Shown here piece by piece: positions 1 to 10,148 of a stretch of 64,000 nucleotides of DNA (position 1 is its first letter; each line of letters starts with the position of its first letter). The stretch spans positions 1,344,001 through 1,408,000 of the forward strand of contig OZ242041.1 of NCBI GenBank assembly GCA_965205215.1, read 5' to 3'. A program made the position numbers and the translations under genes. The notes beneath the pieces were generated by a model, which was given only the letters and a program-made list of their open reading frames with translations, was not told where the DNA came from and made no database searches. The stretch is from Nitrosopumilus sp. GTDB taxonomy: Archaea > Thermoproteota > Nitrososphaeria > Nitrososphaerales > Nitrosopumilaceae.

Positions 1-69
1 TACAATCTGATCCTCACGGTTCTTGCGAGTTATTTTATGATTTTGATCCTTGACACCGTCCCGGTGTGA
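1..69 (+). CDS. 3' end of a partial, probably membrane protein gene
   Basis: Frame 1 reads YNLILTVLASYFMILILDTVPV then TGA; hydrophobic; truncated by the window edge. Confidence 0.4.
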   Translation, partial: YNLILTVLASYFMILILDTVPV

Positions 70-188
70 CCGAGTCGGCCCCCTTCCAATCCTGCCCCCC
101 GGCTGCTCCCAAGGGCGCGCCATGTCGTCGCCCGCGGGAACTCCGTGCGTGCGCGGGGCTGATCGGGAAGCGGAATCCTTGTCGATAG

Positions 189-198
189 TTTTATAAAA
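189..198 (+). promoter_or_regulatory. Archaeal TATA box
   Basis: TTTTATAAAA about 25 bp upstream of ATG 220 in a GC-rich context. Confidence 0.55.
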
Positions 199-219
199 TT
201 TTCATATGCGCGGGCGGAC

Positions 220-2697
220 ATGCGGTGCGCGCCCGTTATCGGACTCTTGGCACTCGTTGCTATCCCCCTGCTGCTCGCGGCTACGGCGGATGACGCGCAT
301 GCCCAAACCACTGCCGTGGAGATAGGCGCCCTCATCACGCAGGCGCAGGGCAACGCCGACCGGTTCGAGGCCATGAAGCTCGCCGTCGGTGACTTTAACG
401 CGGCCAACGCCGACTACAGGCATCACGAGCCCAATGGCAACGGGCCAAGGTACTACGTTCATCACGCAGGCGCAGGGCAACGCCGACCGGTTCGAGGCCA
501 TGAAGCTCGCCGTCGGGACTTTAACGCGGCCAACGCCGACTACAGGCTGAGCATCACGAGCTATTTTCTGGGGGATGATCCGCTGGCCGCGCTGCGGCAA
601 GCGTACGACAATGGCAACGGGCCAAGGTACTACGTTGGGCCGACGAGCAGCGGCAATGTAGAGCTGGTCCGCGAATACGCAGACCGCAACAACATCATTA
701 TAGTGTCGCCGTCATCCACGGCGGCGCGTCTTGCAATAGCGGACGACACCACGTTTAGGCTCGCGCCCTCCGACGCCAAGCAGGCCCCGTTTATTACCGA
801 GATCCTAAGGGGAGACGAGAAGACGCACATTGTTACGGTATATCGAGACGACGCTTGGGGAAGCGGACTGGCCGAGGGCATTCCTGCAAATTACAACGAG
901 GCAACGTTTGTCAGCATACCCTTTGACCCCGACGCGGAGGATCACGCGCAAGTGGCCGCGGACCTAAAGACCGCGCTGAATGCGTTTACGGCGCGGGGCA
1001 TACACACGGCCGTGTTATACCTGGGATTTGAGAGCGATCTGATCCACATGTTTGAGGCGGTGTCCGAGGATCCGGCGCTGGACAGCGTGCTTGACGTGAG
1101 GTGGTACGGCGCCGACGGGGTGGCAAACAAGCCCTCGATCGTGGAGCATGCGGTGGCGGGCCCGCTTGCCAACCGGGTCGACCTGACGGCAACCATATTC
1201 TTTGTCTCCGAGTCGGATCTTACAAAGTCCGTCAAGGACAGACTCGCCTCCAAGGTGCGCGGAGGGCTCAACCAGTACGTCTATACCTCTTATGACGCGG
1301 TCCGCATCATCGGGGAGGCCATCAAACACGTCGGGGCCGACGATCCCGTGCGTGTAGCGGCCAGCTTTATCGATGTCGCCGACAGACACGTGGGGGCCTT
1401 GGGCGACTACCGGCTTGATGCCACCGGGGATCTCAGGGAGCCTAGCGCGTTTACGGCGTACCGGGTCGTGCAGGAAGACGACGGCACGCTCATGTGGGAT
1501 CGATTCCTCCAGGCCGAGATCACGATAGGCATGCTGCTCCTGCTTGACCCCGACTCGTTTAACGACGTCAACCGCCAAAAGGCCATGGAGATAGGCGCCA
1601 GCGACTTCAATCTGGAGCAGCTGGAACTTGGCAGCGGTTACAAGGTAACGCTGACCCCGGTCGTGATAGACGGCGACCCCGTGGCGGCGATAACCGATGC
1701 GCACGTCAACAAGCAGATCGACTACTTTGTGGGGCCCACCACCAGCGCGGCCGCCAAGGCCCTGCTGCCCTACGCCGACAGCAACGACCTTGTCATGGTC
1801 TCACCGTCCTCCACCGCGCCCGAACTGGCAATACCCGGTGACAGCCTCTTCCGCCTCGTTCCGGACGATAGAAAGCAGGCCCCGTTCATAGCCCAGACGC
1901 TTGCGGGCGACGGCAAGACGCACGTTGTTATAGTGCAGCGCGATGACGTGTGGGGGCGCGACATGGCGTCTGCATTTCGCGACAGCTACGCCGGAACCGT
2001 GTCTGGCACCGTCACGTACGGCGCCGACATAGGCACAGTGGACTTTGCCGGCCTCGCGCGGCAGCTGGAGGGCGCCCTGGACGCAACGCAGGGCGCGGGC
2101 ACCGACATGACTGCAGTCCTGTTCGTCGGGTTTCACGCGGACTTTATAGATCTGGTGAGGGCCATCCTGGCCGACGCCGGCCTTGACGACGCCCGGGCGG
2201 TAGCGTGGTACGGCACGGGCGGCATTACGACCTCGACCTCCATCATTCTGGCCCCCGACGTGGCGGCCTTTGCCGAGTCGGTGGGCCTGACCAGCTCGAT
2301 ATATCACGTCCCGGGGGTGGGCGAGACGGACCACCTGACCGAGCAGCTCAGGCAGCTGGATCCAAACATAGCACCCAGCCCGTACCTGCATACCTCGTAT
2401 GACGCCGTACACATTCTTGGCGACGCCGTGATCACCTCCTTTGCAACGGACGCGGCGGTAAAGGACATCTTTGCCGATGTTGCCAACGGACACATTCAGG
2501 ATCCGCTGCACCTGCTTCGCGACGGTCACCACAACCTGGGAACCGGAATAACGGGCGACTTTCAGCTTAACGCGGCCGGGGATCTGGAGTCCCCCCTCTT
2601 CTTTACCACGTTTACGGTCAAGTCCTCCCCCGATGGCTCCTATGCGTGGGTTCGGCAGCCCTCTTCGGAGACGCCGGCCGTGCGCGTCTGCCGCTGA
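220..2697 (+). CDS. Secreted ABC-type substrate-binding protein with two tandem type-1 periplasmic-binding (LivJ-like) domains
   Basis: Signal peptide ending DAHA; two copies of VGPTSS/SPSSTA/FRLxPxD/DDxWG/YDAV motifs. Confidence 0.85.
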   Translation: MRCAPVIGLLALVAIPLLLAATADDAHAQTTAVEIGALITQAQGNADRFEAMKLAVGDFNAANADYRHHEPNGNGPRYYVHHAGAGQRRPVRGHEARRRDFNAANADYRLSITSYFLGDDPLAALRQAYDNGNGPRYYVGPTSSGNVELVREYADRNNIIIVSPSSTAARLAIADDTTFRLAPSDAKQAPFITEILRGDEKTHIVTVYRDDAWGSGLAEGIPANYNEATFVSIPFDPDAEDHAQVAADLKTALNAFTARGIHTAVLYLGFESDLIHMFEAVSEDPALDSVLDVRWYGADGVANKPSIVEHAVAGPLANRVDLTATIFFVSESDLTKSVKDRLASKVRGGLNQYVYTSYDAVRIIGEAIKHVGADDPVRVAASFIDVADRHVGALGDYRLDATGDLREPSAFTAYRVVQEDDGTLMWDRFLQAEITIGMLLLLDPDSFNDVNRQKAMEIGASDFNLEQLELGSGYKVTLTPVVIDGDPVAAITDAHVNKQIDYFVGPTTSAAAKALLPYADSNDLVMVSPSSTAPELAIPGDSLFRLVPDDRKQAPFIAQTLAGDGKTHVVIVQRDDVWGRDMASAFRDSYAGTVSGTVTYGADIGTVDFAGLARQLEGALDATQGAGTDMTAVLFVGFHADFIDLVRAILADAGLDDARAVAWYGTGGITTSTSIILAPDVAAFAESVGLTSSIYHVPGVGETDHLTEQLRQLDPNIAPSPYLHTSYDAVHILGDAVITSFATDAAVKDIFADVANGHIQDPLHLLRDGHHNLGTGITGDFQLNAAGDLESPLFFTTFTVKSSPDGSYAWVRQPSSETPAVRVCR
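332..637 (+). repeat. Imperfect internal tandem duplication in the substrate-binding protein gene
   Basis: tcatcacgcaggcgcagggcaacgcc...gactacagg starts at 332 and 459; caatggcaacgggccaaggtactacgtt also occurs twice. Confidence 0.9.
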
Positions 2698-2851
2698 TCG
2701 GACCGGGCGCCCCGCTCTGATCAACGCCGGGCCCAAGAAGCGGGAGGTTTGCCCGGGCCATTCTTGGATGTCTCGGCCGTGCGGCGTGTCGAATAATATG
2801 ATCAATGAAAACCTCGTTTAGAACAAGTGCCTGTCCATGAGTTTTTACTTC

Positions 2852-3240
2852 TGGCTATGGCACGTGTGCAAAACATGCCAACTTGTTTTTTAGTGATTGA
2901 GTTGTGGTACACGTACAATACGTCCCGACCTGTTTTTAATGATTGAGTTGTGGTACACGTACAATACGTCCCGACCTGTTTTTAATGATTGAGTTGTGGT
3001 ACACGTACAATACGTCCCGACCTGTTTTTAATGATTGAGTTGTGGTACACGTACAATACGTCCCGACCTGTTTTTTAATAATTAGATTATGGTACACGTG
3101 TAAAACTCCCAATTTATTTTTTAATAATTAGATTATGGTACACGTGTAAAACTCCCAATTTATTTTTTAATAATTAGATTATGGTACACGTGCAAAACAT
3201 TCCAATTTGTTTTTTAACAATTGGATTGTGGTATACGCAA
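2852..3240. repeat. AT-rich tandem array of 46-47 bp units with conserved TGGTACACGT core
   Basis: Four copies of gattgagttgtggtacacgtacaatacgtcccgacctgtttttaat (2895, 2941, 2987, 3033), two of aattagattatggtacacgtgtaaaactcccaatttattttttaat (3080, 3126), a variant at 3172 and degenerate flanking units. Confidence 0.95.
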
Positions 3241-3456
3241 TGAAGGAACCCTGCTCCATTGTTGCGTTTACAAATATTTTTGCCCCACAGTGGCGCTGCA
3301 TCTTGGGGCCGCTTCCCACAACATCGGTTGTGGCCGCCGTTGCATCAGCGCCGATTCTCGTCGCGCATGGCGGGGCATGTTCGAGATGCTTATGCGGGAA
3401 GCTCCGGTTCTGCCAACACCGCGCCCGTGTTGATAGATGTGCTGGGAAATGACTGA
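3240..3456 (+). pseudogene. Probable relic of a secreted Ig/cadherin-like surface protein
   Basis: Hydrophobic VVAAVASAPILVA in one frame, then DAYA (signal-peptidase-like) and TAPVLIDVLGND (like the Ig-like IDVLAND motif) in another frame, followed by a stop. Confidence 0.4.
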
Positions 3457-3955
3457 CAGGGTAGACATCATACTAAAGATCATAACGGAAAATCCGGGCA
3501 TCCACTTCAGGGGCATCATGCGCAAGAGCGGATTCATGAACGGCGTACTGTCATATCATATTAGAAATCTGGAGCGCAAAAAACTGATAGTGGCAAACCG
3601 CAGGCCTGGAACATCGCGGTTCTACTCCAGTGACATACCGGCGTCTGATTTTGCGTCGATCAGGGCCCTTCGCAAGCCCACCTCGCGGTCGCTTCTGCTT
3701 GCCCTACTACATGCAAACGATCTCCCGTTTGCGCAGCTGGTGCACGTCTCCGATCGTTCCCAGTCTACGGTGTCGATGTATTTGGCCGAGCTTGTAAGGG
3801 ACGGGATTGTGGAAGTGCGCGCGGTTCGTACTAGAAAATTCTATAGTCTGACTGACAGGAAGAAGATCGACAGACTACTTGATAACCACGGTTCGGGAAT
3901 ATTTGACACATATGCGGCAAACTTTGACGCCGTGGTAAATACGCTACGTTTCTGA
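3449..3955 (+). CDS. Double winged-helix transcriptional regulator (ArsR-like/COG3398-type)
   Basis: IITENPGIHFRGIMR...GVLSYHIRNLE and second HTH SQSTVSMYLAELVRDGIV. Confidence 0.85.
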   Translation: MTDRVDIILKIITENPGIHFRGIMRKSGFMNGVLSYHIRNLERKKLIVANRRPGTSRFYSSDIPASDFASIRALRKPTSRSLLLALLHANDLPFAQLVHVSDRSQSTVSMYLAELVRDGIVEVRAVRTRKFYSLTDRKKIDRLLDNHGSGIFDTYAANFDAVVNTLRF

Positions 3956-4498
3956 GAAGTTACATACTCTGTGGCGGCGCGTTCTGCAAGAGCGGTGGCA
4001 TGGCCGCCCCTCGGGACCCTAGGGCCCGGAAGGTTGCCCGAGGTGGAGCGCAGCAAGATAAAGCGGATAATGCGCAGGCCTACGTGTCGAGGACCACCCC
4101 CCCCCTGCATGGTGTGGCGCGTCTCTGGCACCATTCCCACCTGCCCTGGCGCCGCCCCGCGTGCAGCGTAGTGCATCTCTTGCCCTTGCCCCGGTGCGCA
4201 ATCCTTCCGTACTGCCTAGGTCCTTCGGCCTGCGTGCCGTACCGTGCCTAACGTATGCTGTGAGCAAACCGTTGGCTGCTGCATAAGATACGGGTTTTCC
4301 ACGCGCTGGCCACTTGGAACGGCGGAATTTCGACACATCCGCGCATACGGGTGCGTCAAAACGAACACAAATCTGAGGCAGAAGATTCTGAACTGGACGG
4401 CGCTGGTCCCCACCTTTACGGACCCAAGCAGCTCTCCACAACTTCCGATCCCAATCCTTTGCGGCGGCAAGGCTGGTTGCAGTCCGTCCCTGCAACAG

Positions 4499-4996
4499 TC
4501 ACTCGTCCCTGCAGTCACTCTCGTGTATCAACGAGAGCGAATTGATGCAGTACCTGAGGTTTGTGGGCGCGGGCCCATCATCAAAGACGTGTCCGAGGTG
4601 GGCCCCGCACCGGCTGCAGTTGACCTCCGTGCGCGTCATGCCGTAGGAGGTGTCCTGCACGTACTCTATGTTGCCTTCAGACGCGGGCCTCCAAAAGCTG
4701 GGCCAGCCGGATCCCGAGTCGAACTTTGCATCAGAAGAGAACAGCTCTGCCCTGCAGCAGGCGCACATGTACCCGCCCTTGGGGCTGTATCCGTCGTACC
4801 TACCGGAAAACGGCGGCTCCGTCCCGTGGTTTATGCACACCTCGTACCTGTCGGGATCAAGTACCTCCTTCCACTCGTCTGGGGTCCTTGCGCGGGCGCT
4901 GCCAGCGCCGTCGCCGGAGTCCCGGAGGGGTTTCCTATGGTTGTCTTCTTGCCTCCTGTTTGACGATGGTGATGGTGATGTATGGTTGTCGTCCAT
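4499..4996 (-). CDS. msrB: Peptide-methionine (R)-S-oxide reductase
   Basis: GTEPPF, CACC, KFDSGSGWPSF, CSRCGAHLGHVFDDGP, RYCINS. Confidence 0.97.
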   Translation of the reverse strand: MDDNHTSPSPSSNRRQEDNHRKPLRDSGDGAGSARARTPDEWKEVLDPDRYEVCINHGTEPPFSGRYDGYSPKGGYMCACCRAELFSSDAKFDSGSGWPSFWRPASEGNIEYVQDTSYGMTRTEVNCSRCGAHLGHVFDDGPAPTNLRYCINSLSLIHESDCRDE

Positions 4997-5023
4997 TGCG
5001 CGCAACCTTGTCATGCCGTGATT

Positions 5024-6709
5024 CTATTTGTTGGTTTTGAGGGATGGCCTGCGCCCGCCTCCTCCTCCGTCTCCGCCTGCGGCGCGCCTCTTCTCGGACG
5101 TTCTCTTCTCCGACTCGAACCTCTCAAGGTCATACTCCTTGAGGTCTGCAAATCTGATTATCCTGCAGAGCCTCGGGTGCACCCTCCTGATCTGCATGTA
5201 CATCTGCTGCGCTACCCTCCTATAGTCGGCATGCCCCTGCGGTATGGTCCTGAGCTCTATCATGTGGCACGCCTCCCTGAGGTTCATCCTGATCATATAT
5301 GGGTAGTTGTACGCAAAGCCGACTACATACTGCGCCTGCTCCGGATGCCTCTTGGCTATCTTCTCAAACGCGTCCTTGGAGCCGTCAAGCGCCCCCCTGT
5401 ATGCGTCGCCCATGCCTATGGCGTCCATCTCTTCTGGGACGCTGTACCCGTGCCTTGTCGTCAGCAGCTGCCTGTGCATGGTCAACATGCGGTGCCTGTG
5501 CATGTCCCTGAACATGCCAAAGTTGTTGCACAGGTCAAACGTGTACTGCGCGGCCTCAAACGCCCTGGGGGGCCTGTGCCTTCTGTTTGACCTGAGCCTG
5601 GCCATCCTGTTTATGATGCGCTCCTTTTGCCCCATCGGCATCCTCTTTGCGTGGCGCAGCGCGCCGCCGTACGTGTGGCCCGCGCCTGCGGCGTGCTCGT
5701 AGATGGCAGACGCGACTATCTTGTTGATTGCCTTTTCTTCCGTGTCGTACTCTGTGAGTGTAGTGAGCCACCCCGCCGGACGCGCCGCGGGCTCCATCCG
5801 CGCCTCTGCCGCCCCCCTCTTTGCAGCGCGCCTGGCGCGCTCAAGATACCCGCGCAGCTCCCGGCCGTGTCTGCCGTCTGACCTCTTTACGAACGCGCCT
5901 ATCACGCCGTCAAGCTCTCTCCTTACCGCCGCCCCGATGTCGCGCTCCTCGGCCAGGCCGGATGATCCCAGTATCGACAGCAGGTACTCGAATGCGCGCC
6001 CGTTTCCCGTGATGCCAACGTTTGTCATGGTGGCCGCCGGCAGCAGCCCCCTCAGTATGTCGAGCGCCTTTGCCCTTGTGGATCCGTTGTATATGCCCCT
6101 GGCCGCGGAGACGTCTGACTCGAGCCTCAGCCTGTCGTACGGTTTTTCCTGGCCGCTCTTCGAGTCCCTGAACGTGTACATCCCTATGGGGTACCTCTCC
6201 CTCACGTACCTCAGCATGGGGTCGACTGCAGCCGAGTACGCGTCAAAGGAGACGTTGCAGGAGTCCTCGTACGTCTCTGCGTGCCTGGATGCCATTATGG
6301 CTGGTTCGCGGTAAAACATGTACTTGCCGTCGCCGTCTTTCTTGTTCCAGGTGACGTACCTGGACGACTTTTCTAGGTATGAGAGCCCAATCCTCCTGTC
6401 CTGTATGGTCTTTACCGCTATGTTTGATAGGCCTTCTATTGCTATCTGGGCCTCGCCGAGCTCCGCGACCGAGTCGTCGCCGTACTCTGCGAGCACCCTT
6501 TCGTAGAACCTCTCCCCGCGCGTGTCGTCTGAGAGGAACTCGTCTAGGAACACGCGGCGCATACCCTTCGCGGTGCGGCTGTACCTTGACATCAGGGCCC
6601 CGCGGTCAACCTGGCGGGGGGTCGTAATGGCAAAGACGTCGCCGTCGGTGTTTGAGAAGTGGCCCGCAAGCGCCCGCCTCTCCTTTGCGGTGAATCCGTC
6701 CTGCGCCAT
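5024..6709 (-). CDS. thyX: FAD-dependent thymidylate synthase, double-domain form
   Basis: [29 protein letters not shown] motifs, ELRT..QGH..YR. Confidence 0.9.
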   Translation of the reverse strand: MAQDGFTAKERRALAGHFSNTDGDVFAITTPRQVDRGALMSRYSRTAKGMRRVFLDEFLSDDTRGERFYERVLAEYGDDSVAELGEAQIAIEGLSNIAVKTIQDRRIGLSYLEKSSRYVTWNKKDGDGKYMFYREPAIMASRHAETYEDSCNVSFDAYSAAVDPMLRYVRERYPIGMYTFRDSKSGQEKPYDRLRLESDVSAARGIYNGSTRAKALDILRGLLPAATMTNVGITGNGRAFEYLLSILGSSGLAEERDIGAAVRRELDGVIGAFVKRSDGRHGRELRGYLERARRAAKRGAAEARMEPAARPAGWLTTLTEYDTEEKAINKIVASAIYEHAAGAGHTYGGALRHAKRMPMGQKERIINRMARLRSNRRHRPPRAFEAAQYTFDLCNNFGMFRDMHRHRMLTMHRQLLTTRHGYSVPEEMDAIGMGDAYRGALDGSKDAFEKIAKRHPEQAQYVVGFAYNYPYMIRMNLREACHMIELRTIPQGHADYRRVAQQMYMQIRRVHPRLCRIIRFADLKEYDLERFESEKRTSEKRRAAGGDGGGGGRRPSLKTNK

Positions 6710-6766
6710 GTATGGTGGTTCGTGGCGGAGCCCTGTCAAAAATGTTGCCGACGCAGAGGGGCTTGG

Positions 6767-7135
6767 TTACTCTTCTTTTCCCGGGCCGGGGGGTTCTGCG
6801 CCGCCCCCGCCGCTATTTCCGCTGCGCATCTTGCTTATCTTTATCAGGTCCGGCCCCGAGCTTGCCCCCGTCCCCGTCCCCGCGCCGTTCCTGCTGTTGC
6901 CGCGGGACTGCCACCTCAGCAGCACCTCCCTGAATGCCGCCGCGTCGGCCTCGTTCTCTGTATACATGAGGGAGGTGACCCAGAACCCCCCGTTGGCGGT
7001 CTTTCCCCCCACCGAGTTCATCCAAAAGTCGTTTGGCAGGTCTGACATCAGCTTTGAGTCAGGATCCCTCGACTCCGCGGCCCACCTGCTTGCAACAAAG
7101 CTCATCACCTTGCCGAGATCGTCCTTTTCGATCAT
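6767..7135 (-). CDS. Hypothetical protein
   Basis: ATG at 7135 after an AT-rich upstream tract; protein-like composition; co-oriented with thyX. Confidence 0.6.
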   Translation of the reverse strand: MIEKDDLGKVMSFVASRWAAESRDPDSKLMSDLPNDFWMNSVGGKTANGGFWVTSLMYTENEADAAAFREVLLRWQSRGNSRNGAGTGTGASSGPDLIKISKMRSGNSGGGGAEPPGPGKEE

Positions 7136-7315
7136 ACCTGCACTTGTTTTGGTTGTTTTTTTAGTTTTACTGGTATTGTGCGTCGTGGCTGCGCCCCCGG
7201 CGCCTCTGCGGCGGCCTGCCGCGGCGCGATCCCGACACCTATGCCCGCGGCCCGTCCGCCCTCCCCACCCCCTGTCGTCCTTACAAGTTTTATTCCGTGT
7301 CCTAGCGTGTACTGC

Positions 7316-8371
7316 ATGGACGGCATGCTCGCAGACCTGAAAAAGGGGAGGCGCCAGGCAGTCGCAAAGGCGATCTCGCTGGTGGAAAACGACCCCGCCG
7401 GGGCGCGCAGACTGATCAAAAAAATATTCCCGCACACGGGCGACTCGGTCGTAATCGGCATAACGGGGCCCGCTGGAGCCGGCAAGAGCTCCCTCATAAA
7501 CAAGACCGTAGTCGCGCTGAACCGCATGGGCGCCAAGCCTGCGGTGCTTGCAGTGGATCCCACCAGTCACATCACGGGCGGCGCCATCCTAGGGGACCGC
7601 GTCAGGATGGCGGAGTCCGCCGATTCGGGGACGTACATCCGCAGCATCGCGTCTAGGGGGGCGACGGGGGCAGTCTCCTCGTCACTGCGCAACAGCATAC
7701 GCGTGCTGGAGTACGCGGGGTTTGATCCCATAATGATCGAGAGCGTCGGGGCAGGACAGACCGAGGTGGAGATATCCACGATGGCGGACGTTACGGTGGT
7801 CGTGTTCAACCCGCACACGGGGGACAGCATACAGGCGATAAAGGCGGGGCTGACTGAGATCGGGGACATGTACTTGGTGAACAAGTGCGACCTGGAGGGG
7901 GCCGACAGGCTGTACGACGCGGTGCGCGACTTTATAGCTGACAGGGCCGAGATCGGCAGCGGCAATGACGATGCCGCTGCTGCTACCGCCGCCGCCCCAC
8001 CTGCCAAAGGCGCGGCCGCCCCCCACGGCGGCCGCAAGGGATCCGGACTCGTGCCCGGACGCGTGGTGCTAAAGACGTCTACAAAGCGCAGTCCCACGAT
8101 TGCAAAGTTTGCAAAAGCCCTGATGGAGATGGCCGCGCTGGCCAGGGCTCAAAAGACGGGGGATCTGAGACGCGCCAAGCTTGACGCGGAGCTTCGGGAG
8201 ATTATAACGTCAAACGTGCGCGCCGTGGTGGACGAGATGGTGGACTCTGACAAGGCGGCGCAGAGGTATATCGGGAGGCTCGCGTCCGGCAAGTCAAGCC
8301 CGCTTGACGCCGCAGACCGGCTTACAGAATCGCTTCTTGGCAGCGGCAGCAGCAGTCGCCGCCGCCCCTAG
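7316..8371 (+). CDS. meaB: Methylmalonyl-CoA mutase-associated GTPase MeaB/ArgK
   Basis: GITGPAGAGKSS, AVDPTS, GGAILGDRVRM, IESVGAGQTE, NKCD; adjacent to the mutase. Confidence 0.93.
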   Translation: MDGMLADLKKGRRQAVAKAISLVENDPAGARRLIKKIFPHTGDSVVIGITGPAGAGKSSLINKTVVALNRMGAKPAVLAVDPTSHITGGAILGDRVRMAESADSGTYIRSIASRGATGAVSSSLRNSIRVLEYAGFDPIMIESVGAGQTEVEISTMADVTVVVFNPHTGDSIQAIKAGLTEIGDMYLVNKCDLEGADRLYDAVRDFIADRAEIGSGNDDAAAATAAAPPAKGAAAPHGGRKGSGLVPGRVVLKTSTKRSPTIAKFAKALMEMAALARAQKTGDLRRAKLDAELREIITSNVRAVVDEMVDSDKAAQRYIGRLASGKSSPLDAADRLTESLLGSGSSSRRRP

Positions 8372-8519
8372 TCGGATTCCTGGCTTTTACGGCCGCCTGC
8401 AACGCGTGCCCGCGTGCGGCTTGGCTGCCCCCACTCCTTCCCTGTGCCCGTCCTGTGCTGCAGCGCCCGCGCCAGCCGACGATCTTAGATTTTTAAACCC
8501 GTCGTACGCAGGCGAAGTG

Positions 8520-10142
8520 ATGGCAGCGGGCGCCACGGCAAAGCGGGGCAGCAAGAAGGCGGCGGCCCCCAACCCCTTTACAGACTCAAACTTTGAGGTC
8601 AAGCGCATCTATTCGCGCAAGAAAAGCGGCACCGCGGCAGCGGCAGGGGACGCGGGCCGGTACCCCTTCACCCGCGGGATACATCCTGGAATGTACCGCG
8701 ACAGGCTGTGGACCATGCGGCAGTATTCCGGGTTCGGGGACGCCAAACTGACAAACGAGCGCTTCAAGTTCATGCTGGAGAAGGGGCAGACCGGGCTCAG
8801 CATGGCCTTTGATCTTCCCACCCAGATCGGATACGACTCCGACTCCCCGCAGGCCGAGGGCGAGGTAGGCAAAGTCGGCGTCTCGATCACGTCCGTGCGG
8901 GACATGCTCCGGGCGTTTGACGGCATACCCCTCGGCAAGGTCAGCACGTCCATGACGATAAACTCTACCGCGTCCACACTGCTTGCATATTATATCGCGG
9001 TGGGCGAATCCCAAGGCTTTGAGCCCGCGCAGCTGCGCGGCACCACACAGAACGACATACTCAAGGAGTACATTGCAAGGAACACGTACATCTACCCGCC
9101 GGCCCCATCGATGCGGCTCATCGGGGACATGATCGAGTACTGCGCCAGGGAGGTGCCCTCGTGGTATCCGGTATCGATATCCGGGTATCACATGAGGGAG
9201 GCGGGGTGCACCGCCACGCAGGAGGTTGCCTTTACACTTGCCAACGCAATCGCATACATCGAGACCTGCCTTGAGCGCGGACTGAAGATTGACGACTTTG
9301 CCCCGAGGCTGTCGTTCTTCTTCTGCTGCACGATAGAGTTCTTTGAGGAGGTGGCAAAGTTCAGGGTGGCCCGCACCGTGTACGCCAAGATTCTCAGGGA
9401 GATGTTCCACGCGAGAAACCCAAAGTCGCTGCAGCTAAAGTTTCACACCCAGACAAGCGGCGAGTCTCTGACGGCGCAGCAGCCTGACAACAACATAGTC
9501 CGAGTGGCAATCCAGACCATGGCGGCCGTCATGGGCGGCACCCAGTCGCTCCACACGAACTCGCGCGACGAGGCGCTTGCTCTTCCGACGCAGGAGTCGG
9601 CCAAGATTGCACTGCGCACGCAGCAGATCGTGGCCCACGAGTCGGGCATCACAAAGACGGTGGATCCGATGGCCGGCTCGCACTACCTGGAGGATCTCTG
9701 CTCCAAGATGGAGGACGCGGTGTGGAAGTACCTCAGAAGGATCCGTAAGATGGGCGGCTCCGTCCGGGCGATCGAGCGCGGCTTCTTCCAGTCGGAGATA
9801 AGGCAGAATGCATACAGGCTCAAAAAGGAGGCCGACGACGGCGAGCGCGTCGTGGTCGGGGTCAACCGGTACGAGGATCCGGACGAGAGGCAGCCGGATC
9901 TGCTCCGGGTCGGGCTCAAGGTGGAGCGCCAGCAGAAGAAGGATCTCAAGCAGCTCCGGGCGTCCAGGGACGCGGGCCGGTGGTCCCGGTCCATGTCGGC
10001 CCTGTCCGGAGCGGCCGAGGACAGCGGCACGAACCTGATGCCGTACATCATCGACGCCGCAAGGGCGTCGGCCACCACCGGGGAGATAAGCAACGCATTT
10101 AGAGAGGTGTTCGGGCAGTACGAGCCGAAAGAGGTGTTCTGA
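8520..10142 (+). CDS. mcmA: Methylmalonyl-CoA mutase large subunit
   Basis: YPFTRGIH, WTMRQYSGF, GLSMAFDLPTQ, QNDILKEY, SISGYHMREAG, TQSLHTN. Confidence 0.95.
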   Translation: MAAGATAKRGSKKAAAPNPFTDSNFEVKRIYSRKKSGTAAAAGDAGRYPFTRGIHPGMYRDRLWTMRQYSGFGDAKLTNERFKFMLEKGQTGLSMAFDLPTQIGYDSDSPQAEGEVGKVGVSITSVRDMLRAFDGIPLGKVSTSMTINSTASTLLAYYIAVGESQGFEPAQLRGTTQNDILKEYIARNTYIYPPAPSMRLIGDMIEYCAREVPSWYPVSISGYHMREAGCTATQEVAFTLANAIAYIETCLERGLKIDDFAPRLSFFFCCTIEFFEEVAKFRVARTVYAKILREMFHARNPKSLQLKFHTQTSGESLTAQQPDNNIVRVAIQTMAAVMGGTQSLHTNSRDEALALPTQESAKIALRTQQIVAHESGITKTVDPMAGSHYLEDLCSKMEDAVWKYLRRIRKMGGSVRAIERGFFQSEIRQNAYRLKKEADDGERVVVGVNRYEDPDERQPDLLRVGLKVERQQKKDLKQLRASRDAGRWSRSMSALSGAAEDSGTNLMPYIIDAARASATTGEISNAFREVFGQYEPKEVF

Positions 10143-10148
10143 CTGGAC

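Noticed and set aside
2852-3240. 46-bp array as a CRISPR or TIGR-like guide array
   Set aside because: No unique spacers (whole units are identical or gradually diverged) and no cas or Nop-domain gene nearby
2852-3240. Replication origin
   Set aside because: No ORB consensus or G-string and no orc1/cdc6 gene in the window
4015-4060. GGCCCGGAAGG as an SRP RNA helix-8 motif
   Set aside because: Lacks the following GAGCA and the rest of the SRP structure
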